Positions 49,244-60,747 of a stretch of 64,000 nucleotides of DNA are shown here, piece by piece. Under the pieces are notes generated by a model that saw only the letters and a list, made by a program, of their open reading frames with translations, was not told the origin of the DNA and did not search any database. Every line of letters begins with the position of its first letter. The stretch's first letter is position 1. The position numbers and the translations under genes were made by a program. Source of the DNA: Chiloscyllium plagiosum (lineage: Eukaryota); assembly GCF_004010195.1 (NCBI RefSeq), contig NC_057719.1, positions 12,989,727 to 13,053,726 of the forward strand, given 5' to 3'.

Positions 49244-49895
49244 TCTGAGAAGAGTTGAGAGTATGGTGCTAGAAATGCACAGCAGGTCAGGCAGGATCTG
49301 AGAAGCAGGACAGTTGACGTTTCAGGCAAAAGCCCTTCACCAGGAATGAGAGAATTTCTGAGAAGATCCAGTCATTTGCCATGTAAATGCCAGGCTGTTG
49401 GTAAGGAATCTCTGTCAGAGCAGCAGTCGGAATGATGTTATTGTTCATTGATCTGGCCAAGCATGTACTGACACGCCGCTGTGCAGGGCTAGGACTGCAG
49501 GTGGCTGTGAACTGGAATCGCCTGACCCAGAGTTCAGGACATTACCATTGCACAAGATCTTTGCTGTGGGATTGTTCACTGTTTGCTTACTGATTCCCTT
49601 CAGAGAGCTGGGAATTATATCTTTGGTGAGAATTCTGCTCTGGATAGAGAGTAACAATGGCAGCAGGGGGAGGGAGTGGAGAGCAAGGATTTCTACAAGG
49701 TTCATGTGCTCAGCTGTGGAGATTCCAGTGCAGTTTCTCAGCTCTGTGGGTTGCAATTCATAATTATCTCACTCTCGATTTCACCCGCTCACATTCTAGC
49801 CCATCATGCTCCCAACGCACCCACTGTTCCCCTTCTCAGTGTCTGTCCATATCCACTGAGAACATGCTCCAAGTGACTATCTCTGGGTTCACATT

Positions 49896-50107
49896 AAGTC
49901 AGTTCTGCTATAACGCGTTTTGATGTGAATCAGCTTTAATGCGATTGAAGAATTGAGCTCATTATTTGCAGAACAGGAACCTTCCTTACCTGTATAGGCT
50001 ATAATGCAATTCCAGCCCTATTAGTTTAAAGGGTATGGCTATTGCACGATTTCCTTATAATGTAAGATCACAAGAGAAAGGGTCGTGTCATGTCGGTACT
50101 AGCTGTA
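49896..50107. mobile_element. Possible Tigger/pogo-like MITE remnant
   Basis: Left end cagttctgctataacgcg resembles pogo-type TIRs; right end degenerate (...agctgta). Confidence 0.3.
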
Positions 50108-50219
50108 CTCTCAAAATTGTTACAGCACAACAGTAGGTCATCCAGCTCATTGTCACTGTGCTAGCTCTTCAAGCAGTCAATTCATCTTGTGCCACTGTCC
50201 TGTCCTGTCTACTCCCCAT

Positions 50220-50960
50220 GTAGGTGCAGGTTCATAGCTTCTTGAAAGTGGAGTCACAGGTAGATAGGATAGTGAAGGCGGTGTTTGGTATGCTTTCCTT
50301 TATTGGTCAGAGTATTGAATACAGGAGTTGGGAGGTAATGTTGCGGTTGTACAGGACAATGGTTAGGCCACTGTTGGAATATTGTGTGCAATTCTGGTCT
50401 CCTTCCTATCGGAAAGATGTTGTGAAACTTGAAAGGGTTCAGAAAAGATTTACAAGGATGTTGCCAGGGTTGGAGGATCTGAGCTATAGGGATAGGCTGA
50501 ACAGGCTGGGGCTGTTTTCCCTGGAGCGTCAGAGGCTGAGGGGTGACCTTATAGAGGTTTACAAAATTATGAGGTGCATGAATAGGGTAAATAGGCAAAG
50601 CCTTTTCCCTGGGGTCGGGGAGTCCAGAACTAGAGGGTTTTTTTCCCTGGGGTCGGGGAGTCCAGAACTAGAGGGTTTAGGGTGAGAGGGGAAAGATATA
50701 AAAGACACCTAAGGGGCAAATTTTTCACGCAGAGGGTGGTACATGTATGGAATGAGCTGACAGAGGAAGTGGTGGAGGAGGGTACAATTGCAACATTTAA
50801 GAGGCATTTGGATGGGTATATGAATAGGAAGGGTTTGGAGGGATATGGGCCAGGTGCTGGCAGGTGAGACTAGATTGGGTTGGGATACCTGGTCGGCATG
50901 GAGGGTTGGACCGAAGGGTCTGTTTCCGTGCTGTACATCTCTATGACTCTATAACTCTAT
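50220..50960 (+). mobile_element. Young CR1/HER1-like 3' end with an internal 39-bp duplication (~50603-50678)
   Basis: 153-aa open RT C-terminus; ttttccctggggtcggggagtccagaactagagggttt present twice. Confidence 0.9.
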
Positions 50961-51462
50961 AACCCTGTGCATTCTTCCTTATCAGGTAACTGTCAAATTC
51001 CCTTTTGGATACTTCAGTTCACAGAGCCCCCACCACACAGTGCACCCCAGGCCTTATACCACCTGCTGCTTAGAAGGAGTTTTCCTCATTTCAGGTTTTT
51101 GCCTCATTTTCCAATTACATTTTGTCTGTGCCCTCTCAATCTTTCCCTGGTGGGAAACGGTTTCTCCCTCCTTACTCTTCTACTCATGATTCCAGACAGA
51201 TCTAGTAAATGGTCAGCCTTCCGTTCCCCAAGAAAATTCTCCCGACTTCTCTGGTCTCTCTTCCTCAATGAAGCTTCCTATCCCCGGAACCACTCTTGTG
51301 AAGTTGGTGCCGATGACCTGGTGTGTGGGGCAATGTTGGCTGAGGGGGAGGCACGGGTGGAAGGCAGAAGGAACAGGTGCTGGATGAAGGACCCATCCAG
51401 GGGCCATCACCAGGGAGAATTAATGCGAAGTCGGAGAGACATATCCGAGGATCAGGAGGATA

Positions 51463-51590
51463 CCTGATGAAAGGCTTATGCCCGAAACGTCGATTCTTCT
51501 GCTCCTTGGAAGCTGCCTGACCTGCTGTGTCTTTCAAGCACCACGTGTTCGACTCTGACCTCCAACATCTGCAGTCCTCACTTTCTCCTG
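51463..51590 (+). mobile_element. Penelope terminal repeat beginning at a hammerhead motif
   Basis: cctgatgaaaggcttatgcccgaaacgtcga. Confidence 0.75.
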
Positions 51591-51959
51591 GAATACGTGG
51601 GAATCCTACTTACCACGATTGGGTGTAGATGTCCTGAGAAAATTCGGCAGTGACTCTTTTTAATGGAACAGATCTTCGATCGGCATGGTTGTCTGTGCAA
51701 TTTTGTCTCTCGTGTCTGAGCCTGTCACTGCCTATGTTAAAATAAGGAAGATGCACATTTGTATTGTGCCTATGACAATCTCAGGATTTTCCAAGGCACT
51801 TTACTTCTGTTTTAGATCTACAGTCACTGTTGTAAAGTAGCATCAGCCAATTCATGGTCAGAAGCAGCAACTTGATAGTGATTTTGGTTTGAATTTTGAT
51901 AATCTGTGCTTTTGTGATGGTTTGTGGAGCAATGATACAGTGATGGGCATGATGGATGA

Positions 51960-52275
51960 GGCAGCACAGTGGCTCAGTGGTTAGCACTGCTGCCTCACAG
52001 CATCAGGGACCCAGGTTTGATTCCATCCTCGGGTCACTGTCCATATGGAGTTTGCATGTTCGCCCCATGCCTGCATGGGTTTCCTCCCATGGTTCAAGTG
52101 GATTGGCTATGCTAAATTGTCTGTGGTATCCATGGATGTGCAGGCTAGGTGGATTAGCCATGGGAAATGTGGGGTTACAGGACTAGGGTAAGGATCTGGG
52201 TGAGATGCTCTTTGGAGGGTTGGTGCAGACTCAATGGGCGAAATGGCCTCTTTCTGCATTGTAGGGAATTTATGG
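51960..52275 (+). mobile_element. HE1-like SINE
   Basis: Diverged head and core. Confidence 0.8.
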
Positions 52276-52349
52276 TGTAACAGCAATGCTTGCAGTCATG
52301 TCTTAGAGATTGCAAAGAAAGGAGTGGTCTGTACCAGAGAGAGATAGAA

Positions 52350-52870
52350 AGTTATAGAATCATAGAGTTACCCAGCATGAAAACAAGCTCTTCGGTCCAA
52401 CTCATCCATGCCGACCAGATATCCTAAATTAATCTAGTCCCATTTGCCAGCACTTGGCCCATATCCCGCTAAACCCTTCCTATTTATTTACCCATCCAGA
52501 TGCCTTTTAAAATGTTAATTGGAGAGAAGTGTAAATGATGAAATTTTGCAGAAACCTCTCTTGATAAGAAGGTCCCTCTATATCTGGTATCGATGAAGTG
52601 ACGGTCCTTTGGACTCCTTCCAATACCAGTACATCATTCCTTAGACATAGGGACCAAAACTGTTCACTGTATTCCAGCTGTGCTCTGACCAGTGCCTGGG
52701 ATTGTTTTAACAAAACCTCCCAACAATTATTCTCCATTCCCTTTGAAATAAAGTCAATTTGTCTTCCCTGTTGCCTGCTGTACTCAGATGCTAGCTTTTT
52801 GTGATTCACGAATGCGTTCTCTCAAATCCCTCTTTGTCGTGGCTTTCAGCAGTCTTTCTCTACTTTAATA
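52350..52870 (-). mobile_element. CR1 fragments (young 3' end plus older RT piece)
   Basis: LVRAQLEYSEQFWS peptide; CR1 tail. Confidence 0.75.
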
Positions 52871-54153
52871 ATATTCAATTTTGACTCTAGAGTTTTGATC
52901 CCAGAGGATCATTATTCATGTGGTTAGAAGCTACCTGACTGCACACTCCAAGAGGTGGAACTGTGATAAGAGAATGAAAAGAATCTCTCTTCAACCAATG
53001 GTTTTCCAGCAGTTAACACTTGGGGCATGCTGCCTGAGAACGTGATGGAGGCTCTGTGAATTGAAGCATTTAAAAGGGAATTAGACAGCAGTTTGAAAAG
53101 GAAGAATGTGCAGGGTTATGGGAAGACGTTGTCTTGGGCAATAGTCCATGCTTCACACAGAAATACTTCAAGAAAAATTTCTGCCACGCTATGGTGTCAA
53201 GCACAGCTCCTCTTCACTATCGGAGAGGCTGAGAGAGCAGTCCAAACCATTAAAATGCTAGTGTGACGAAGAATAGAGATTGGGATTGAACAGTGTTGCA
53301 TCATAGACCAAGTCACTGGATTTACACCAAATCCCTGGATTTACACCAGTAGGATTGCTGCTAAAGTATAACGAGGGTCTGTTCAGTTTTACGACTCTTT
53401 TGGTGCCTCACAGTGAACATAGTTTCCTGCAGAAATAGAAAATGCCTTTGCCTTTTTGCAACTGTACAGAAGCACTGAAAAATGTCAAATTCCAATGTCT
53501 TGTTGATTTTATTTTTCTCTGCAAAGTTGGTCCAGACTAATTTCAAACATTTGTGTGTACCGATAGATAATATTTATGAATAAAATATATTATTGACATT
53601 AAAAAAATTTGCTCATAGACTGAGAGCTGCAAATACAATTCCGCTGATCCTGTGGAACCTAAACCCGAATATCACATCAGATGACTAGGAGGGTTTTAGA
53701 CAACACTTGCTGAACACTTTCCCATTTCCTCCAGTCTGGCCTATGTGTGACCCCAGACACACAGCAATGTGACTGACTCTTAATGGGCCCTTGAAATGGC
53801 TCTGGCAGACCGCTCAGCTCAAGGGTAATTAGGACAAGTCAGTGCTCGCCTCACCAGCAATGGCTACATCCCGTGAATTAATAAAAAAAACTGTAGAGAG
53901 CTTTACTGAAGTGGTTGTCGCTGCAGAGCCCATTCTGACATTATAGACATCAGACGTTCCCAATGACCCCGTTCTGAATCGGAGGTTAATCCAGATTCCG
54001 GTTCGACCTGGGCACCTCACTGGATAAAAACAAAGACTGTATTTTCAGTGATGGATTACAGACAGCAAAGTCAGAACAATGAAGATGGGAGAAATCTAAA
54101 ATAAAAACTTTAGATGCCAGGAAAAATTTAGTAGGTCAGGCAGTATTCTGCAT

Positions 54154-54157
<4 letters not shown>

Positions 54158-54191
<34 letters not shown>

Positions 54192-54316
54192 GTAAGAACG
54201 AGTATTTCATGAGGTTTCCTGGCCTGCATTTTCCTGGCCTGGATTTTCCTGGCCTGGATTTTCCTGGCCTGGATTTTGCTGGCCTGGATTTTCCTGGCCT
54301 GGATTTTCCTGGCCTG
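54158..54316. repeat. (GA)n microsatellite plus 15-bp tandem repeat x7 (ttttcctggcctgga, 54215-54316)
   Basis: Direct reading. Confidence 0.9.
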
Positions 54317-54644
54317 TGTTTGTGACCTTTTAGAGCTGAAGGGGGTGAGACGAGAGCTAAGGTAGGGGACAATGTCAGCGAAGTTCCCTGATGCAATCCA
54401 ACACCGGGAATTCTTTCCAGGAACGATGAGAAGCAGATTGACATACCTAATGAAGGGGTCATGTGGATCAGTGGCCACAATCGCAGACATTTCCAGTCTC
54501 TTCTAATGTAATGTCCCCATTGTTAAACAGATCCGAGCAAGACGGGAACATATGGAATTAGACACATATCTTGATATTCACAGAATACAGCTTTATAAAT
54601 CTCTGCCTCCGCCTCAGCAACACAGTGTACCAACAGGTTCTCTT

Positions 54645-55425
54645 TGTTTTTTAAAATATTTTAACCCCCACACTACCGCCTAACTGCTTATATTTTCCCC
54701 AGCCTCCATGTTGTATGTGTGCAGGTGTGAGACACAGTGAGAGACACAAGGTGCACGAATCTTTATTCAGTTTACACCACCAGGAAGAAAGGAAACACCC
54801 GAGTGGCCAGTGACAAGCAGTGCCCTTCACATCAAAGGGCAATGCTGTGTGATCAAACAGTGAAGGGGAGGGCAGGGACTAAATCAAAATAGAGTTGGAG
54901 GGGGAAATAATGCACTCCACTCCCTGCGGCGCCCACCTCTCCCTGAACAACTCCAGGGTGTTGGTCGACGCCGCGTGCTCCTTCTCCAAGGACACCCGGG
55001 CTCTAACGTAACCGCGGAAGAGGGGCGGGCAGTCAGCCCTAATGACCCCCTTCATGGCCCGCTGCCTGGACCTGTTGGTGGCCAGTTTGGCCAGGCCCAG
55101 GAGCAGACCCACGAGGAGGTCTTCAGACCTGCCCTCCCTCCTCCGTACCGGGTGCCCAAAGATCAGGAGCGTGGGACTGAAGTGCAGCCAAAAACAGAGG
55201 AGAAGGTTTTTAAGAAAATCAAAAAGGGAGTGCAAACACCCACACTCAATATACCCATGGTCCACGGACTCCACAGCACCACAGAACAAGTTGGGCCGGG
55301 AGTCCGTGAACCACCGCAATCTGCGGTTGCAGGGGAACCGCTGCGTGTAGCACCCTCCACCCCAGATCCCCAAGAGAAAGGGGGAGGACTCCCGTGTAGA
55401 GAGCCCTCCACTGGGAGGGTTCCCT
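54645..55425 (-). mobile_element. Tx1/L1-clade LINE 3' end
   Basis: FCGAVESVDHGYIEC...FSPTLLIFG...LLLGLAKLA...FRERWA, a Tx1-type ORF2 C-terminus; A-rich tail. Confidence 0.85.
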
Positions 55426-56334
55426 TTATATTCTGAGGAACAAATTAACCTGAAAACCTAATTAACTAATTCATGAGTAATTAGCCTTTAAAGGAGCTCT
55501 ATAACAAAACAAAACTCATAAAATAAACACATTTAAATTAAAAGAACATTTTGCTTGGGATGATGCACTTCAGTGCCTATGTCGTCAATTAGTTGCAGAC
55601 AGCCAAATTGATGTGGGTTTTGCCTTCAGCAGCATATTTTACCCAATGTAGCAATGTTTATGTTAGACCATGTAACAAAAGAGACTGCATGGACAATGTG
55701 GTAGTGAAAATTCTAGGAGACATTTTTATAACTGGTTATCATACACAGAAATTACATGCATTAACACAATAGTGTCTGGACTATTATTATGCAATTAAGT
55801 TATACTGAACAGCACATTTTCAATACTGTATCATGCGTAAAGTGTAAGCTGGCCTTGGAAAACTGTATATAATAACCAGCTGTAATTGGAGACCTTACAC
55901 CCTCCTGGTCACATGCTTTGGTACAGTGATGATACCATGAGCATATCTCTTAAAGGTACACTGACATACTGACCATGAGATAAAGCATCACATCCCTCTT
56001 TTCTCTAAAGATAAAACAAAGATTCCAAACAGATACACAAGGTTTTACAGAGTCATGCGTTTCCAATTCAATAATTTTACAAACAGGTAAAACAGAGTTT
56101 CTAAGATAAACATTGCAAACGTCAGTGTTAACACTTTGGACGTATGGCAGGTGGTGATTATATATCTGCCTGGAGAGGTATATGTTGTTGTTTGATAACT
56201 TGCTTGGTTCATTGCTGGTCAGTGCCACTCAATATCGGTGCACAATCATCCTCGGCGGAGTGTCCTTCCTCACTCTATGTAAGTTGGACATAGATCTAAT
56301 CTGGCTTCAGTTCCTTCGCAATTTCAAACCACCA

Positions 56335-56489
56335 TCAGTAATGATTTTGTATAATGTGGGTTGGCTGCATATTTTCAAAATCTTTGGTGTCCAAAAATTT
56401 GTATTTGTATTTTAATCGCACTCTCTGCCCAGTGCGCAGTTGTGATAGGTCCCGGCCTTGCTGTGTATCTCTTTCAGTCACCTCTGTCT
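56335..56489 (-). CDS. Terminal coding exon of the same gene: (E)TEVTERDTQQGRDLSQLRTGQRVRLKYKYKFLDTKDFENMQPTHIIQNHY*
   Basis: Acceptor ttttagtccttttccctcag|; phase-1 frame open for 50 codons to TGA; followed by AT-rich repeat-poor 3'UTR-like sequence (~55430-56334). Confidence 0.55.
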
Positions 56490-57139
56490 CTGAGGGAAAA
56501 GGACTAAAAGGAGAGTGTCTGTGATGGGGTTGAGCTCAGATGGATTAATAATGACAGAGAGATAATGAAAAATGACAAAAGGCAGTGGGAATGGGATAAG
56601 CAAATATGAGATAGGAGAGCAGTTTGGTGATGGTAGGATTTGGTGAGTGCAGTCTGTGTGGTTTACGCCAAGAGAAACTGGGAAGAAGTTGTGTTTGATG
56701 AGGGTCCATGTGAATTCTGGTTATCATGATAGAGCAATACAAGCATGGGCTGGAGAACTGTGATAAGCACTTCTAACGACATAAATACTGCAAGTTAAAT
56801 GAGCAGAAAGATTCCATTTTAGATTACAGGATGAGTGCGGAGGGAGGATGTGATCGAGTTTTTTAGATTGCTTTTTTTTAAAAAGTAGCTCAAAGAGACC
56901 AGCAGAGTAGATAGAGCCCAGCGGAGCAAGAGCATCGATGATTACTCATTATCGCCAGGAGTCGAGAGTGCCTCTCAACATCAGATAACAGCTCCACTCT
57001 CCACCTTCTGTGGTTCTGTCCACAATTCACTCAGACTGCCTTTGAAATCTGTGCCAGCTCAATTGGACAACTGCTAAAAGTTGTTGTTCCGATCACAATT
57101 AACCCATGACTGTGTTTTGCAAAGCAGCAAGCCTTTTAG

Positions 57140-57985
57140 AAACATAGAATCCCTAAAGTGTGGAAACAGGCCCTTTGGCCCAACAAGTCCACAAGAGTAT
57201 CCCACCCAAACCCATTTCCCATTACACTACATTTACCCTCGACTAATGCACCTAATCTACACATCCCTGAACACTCTGGGCAATTTAGCATGGCCAATTC
57301 ACTTAACCTGCACACCATTGGATTCTGGGAGGAAACCAGAGCACCTGGAGGAAACCCATGCAGACACAGGGAGACTTCATTGTTCACACCATTGCGTACA
57401 GGAGTTGGAACGTCATGTGGTACAGGATGTCAGTAAGACCACTTTTGGAGTACTCAGTGCAGTTCTGGTTCCTTTACAATAGGAAGCATATTATTAAATT
57501 GGAAAGGGTGCAGAAAACTTTCATAAGAATGTTACTGGGACAAGACAGTTTGAACTTTAAGGAGAGGCTGAATAAGCGGGGACATTTTTTCACTAGACCG
57601 TGGGAGATTGAGGGGTGACATTAAAGACTTTTATACAATCATGAGGGGTATAGTTAAGGTGAATAGCAAAGTACTTTTCCCCATGGTAGGGGAGTCCAAA
57701 ACTAGGGTTCATAATTTTAACGTGAGAGAAGAAAGATTTAAAAGGGACCTGAGGGGCAACATTTTCACACAGAGGGTGGCTCGTGTGTGGAATGAACTGC
57801 CAGAGGAAGTGGTAGATACAGGTACAGTTACAACATTTAAAAGACATTTGGACATGTACTTGAATAGGAAGGATTTGGAGGGATATGGGTGAATGGAGTC
57901 AAACACAGTTTTGTTTGAGAAACTTGGTTGGCATGGGTAAGTAGGACCGAAGGTTCTGTTTCTGTGCGAATATGACTCTATGACA
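57140..57985. mobile_element. SINE 3' part (-) abutting a CR1 3' end (+, ~57372-57985)
   Basis: VRPLLEYSVQFW and WNELPEEVV peptides. Confidence 0.8.
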
Positions 57986-59472
57986 TGAGCTGTTTAGATC
58001 TATCTAAAGGCAGCATGCACCTCTTAAAAGGAGAGGGGTACTATGTCTTCAGGCAGTTTAGTTTTCTTCATTCAGGGAATGTACGTGTCACTGGCTGGGC
58101 CAGCATTTATTGCCCGTCCCTAATTACCCTCGAGAAGGTGGTGGTGAGCTGCCTTCTTGAGCTGCTGCAGTCCTATATAACATTCCTCTCCCAGGACTGG
58201 CTATGATTGATCCTCAACACAGCTCATCCTGATGAAAAATCCACCTTATGGACTTCCTGTCACCATCCGTATTCCTGGTCAGAATCTAGGAGTCTGGTTG
58301 GTCCTGTATGGTGGAGGCAAACAATTTGAGAATTCTAATGAGTAGAGGCATTTTTCGATTCATAGCTGGATAGCAGCTAGGCACATGTTATACTGGGGTC
58401 AATAGCCAGGAGGCACTGTTTTAAAATAAAGAAGTTTCAAGGGGTTTTGGGAAATAATGTTTCACCCAGAGGTTGGTGGGTATCTGGAACTCAGTGCCTT
58501 AAAGGCTGGTAGAGGTTGAAGACTTTGAAGAATATATAGATGACCATTTTAAACAAAAGCATACAAGGCTATGGGCCAAGTGTTAAGAAATTGGATTAGA
58601 ATAGATGGATGTTTGCTGGCCAGCATGGACATAATGGGGCAAAGTGCTTTTCTTTTCCATGCTGTCTATTACTCTATGACTTCTGTATTATTGCCTGTGA
58701 AATATTCTATATAAACACTGTGATCAGTTTATTCTTTCTCATAAAAGGCATTTGCCTAGGTGGGACAAACAAAGGATTGTGGTTCAAAGTCAGTTTCATT
58801 AAAAAGCTTGCAAGTTAAAGAAACTCTTACACTGCTAATTGAATTAACTTTTCTCGAATCTAGTGCTGACTGCCTGAGAAACCCATTACCTGCCTGCTCT
58901 GGTGAACTTGATTGGCTGCTGGATTCAATTCACTGAGCTCCTTGGATGGGTGCATTCAGGGTCTTCTTTGTACAATGGTGGGTCAGACACAGAATCTTCA
59001 CCAACTGAGCCTTCGCTGAGGGAATGGCCATCAGGCGCCCCTTCTTATGCCCCCCCCCCTTTTCTGTGCCCTTCTGGAATGTTCTCTGACTTCATAATTG
59101 GGGCCATAGGACAGGGGTCACAGAGGATAATGTGGATGGATTTTGTGGCTTCAAATAAAGTGGGGGTATTCCACACATTTACACCCCCTCCCCCACCATT
59201 CGACCACAGTTGCCCAAGCATGTAAGACACAGTGAGATAACATGGGGTCAGCAGTGAGATCATCACACCAGTCTCCGGAAAGTATATAGGTGTCAAAATC
59301 AGAAGCTCAATATTCAATATACAAAACATTCAACTGACAAATGATAGCAATTATGAAATGCTTGGAATTGCTATATAGTAGGTTAATGGGGATAGCATAA
59401 GATCTGTACAAAAGGCTTTCCTCTGGGAACATGTACATGTGTGAAATGTTGTTCCTATGTAGTAGTGCTCAC

Positions 59473-59561
59473 CAGAACCAGCTGAGATGTCTTGGGTACA
59501 TTCACTAAACCTCCTTATTGCTTTCATCGAGTTTACTGACACTGGGTGTGCAGAAGAACTC
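59473..59561 (-). CDS. Internal exon (89 nt) of an unidentified minus-strand gene: SSSAHPVSVNSMKAIRRFSECTQDISAGS
   Basis: Acceptor tgtctttctatag|, donor |gtgagc; only one open frame, ending in phase 1, which matches the next exon. Confidence 0.55.
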
Positions 59562-59762
59562 CTATAGAAAGACATCAGTAGAAGATTAGGCTCAATCTTG
59601 ATAAATGGTAAAAGGTTATTACATAGAGTCTAATAACTATCTGCATGATATCTCAGATACATGATGGTCTTATGTGAGACTAGCATTCTTGACTTGAGAG
59701 TAAGTAGACATTACTGCTGCCAACAAGTAAGCTCCTCTCAGGAACAGCCCTTTGTATGAAGG

Positions 59763-60040
59763 ATCATAGAATCCCTATAGTGCAGAAAGAGGCCATTTGG
59801 CCCATCAAGTCTGCAATGACCCTCCAAAGAGCATTCCACCCAAACTCAGCCCCTCACTCTATCCCCATAACCCCCACATATTGCCATGGCCATCCCACAC
59901 ATTCCTGGATACCGTGGGGCAAATTAGCATGGCCAAGTCATTTGACTTGCACATCTTTGGACTATGGGAGGAAACCGCAACACCCACGCAGTCACAGGCA
60001 GGCAATTGAGGCTGGAATCGAACCTATCCCTGCCACTGTG
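59763..60040 (-). mobile_element. Diverged HE1-like SINE
   Basis: Core and tail similarity. Confidence 0.7.
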
Positions 60041-60290
60041 TGTCCTTCATGGCTGGTTGGGTGCAGCTTATCACAATGACAGCTGTTAACCTTTTCAGAT
60101 CCTAACTAGCTTGGATAAATAGCAGGCAGTGGCAGATCCATATGAGTGTGACAGCATTTGTGTGACTTTTCAACGAAAGTTTAAACTTTTGGGGCTTGCT
60201 AAAACACTTAATGAGAGCTTCAGCGCACAGGCAGCTTTTGAATGGGCAGCCACGATGGACTTCCTGTTAAACAGCATAACCCCTTTGTTC

Positions 60291-60540
60291 GGCGAAAGTG
60301 AGGACTGCAGATGCTGGAGATTAGAGTCGAGAGAGTGGTGCTGGAAAAGCACAGCAGGTCAGGCAGCATCTGAGGAGCAGGAGAATCGATGTTTCGGGCA
60401 AAAGCCCTTCATCAGGAATGAGGCTATGAGCCGATGGAATAATCATATCTCACCACCACCTCGGCTCACAGCCTCATTCCTGATGAAGGGCTTTTGCCCG
60501 AAATGTCGATTCTCCTGCTCCTCGGATGCCGCCTGACCTG
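60291..60540. mobile_element. Penelope inverted terminal repeats with a hammerhead motif on each strand; imperfect TSD ataa(c/g)ccctttgtt
   Basis: gtttcgggcaaaagcccttcatcagg (~60391) and cctgatgaagggcttttgcccgaaatgtc (~60479). Confidence 0.8.
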
Positions 60541-60747
60541 ATAAGCCCTTTGTTGTCCATTATCCTAAAACAGGCTCTCAAGTGCGTGTGAAGACTCCTT
60601 TTACAAGCCTTCCCACCCAACAATGATAAACTAGCTATCTAACATTGGGGTGAGACCATGGCGAGAGTACAACTCTCTTTCAGCACTTTCTCCCACACCC
60701 TGCTGAGAAACATGAAAGAGTTGGAGTTAGAGACTTGGATGTTAGAA

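Noticed and set aside
54128..54490. ORFs with QARKI / RPGKS repeats
   Set aside because: Translation of the 15-bp tandem repeat and (GA)n microsatellite.
58890..59020. Possible minus-strand exon (ttccctcag|...gcag|gtaatg) between the two called exons
   Set aside because: Stops in all three frames; at most a non-coding or poison exon.
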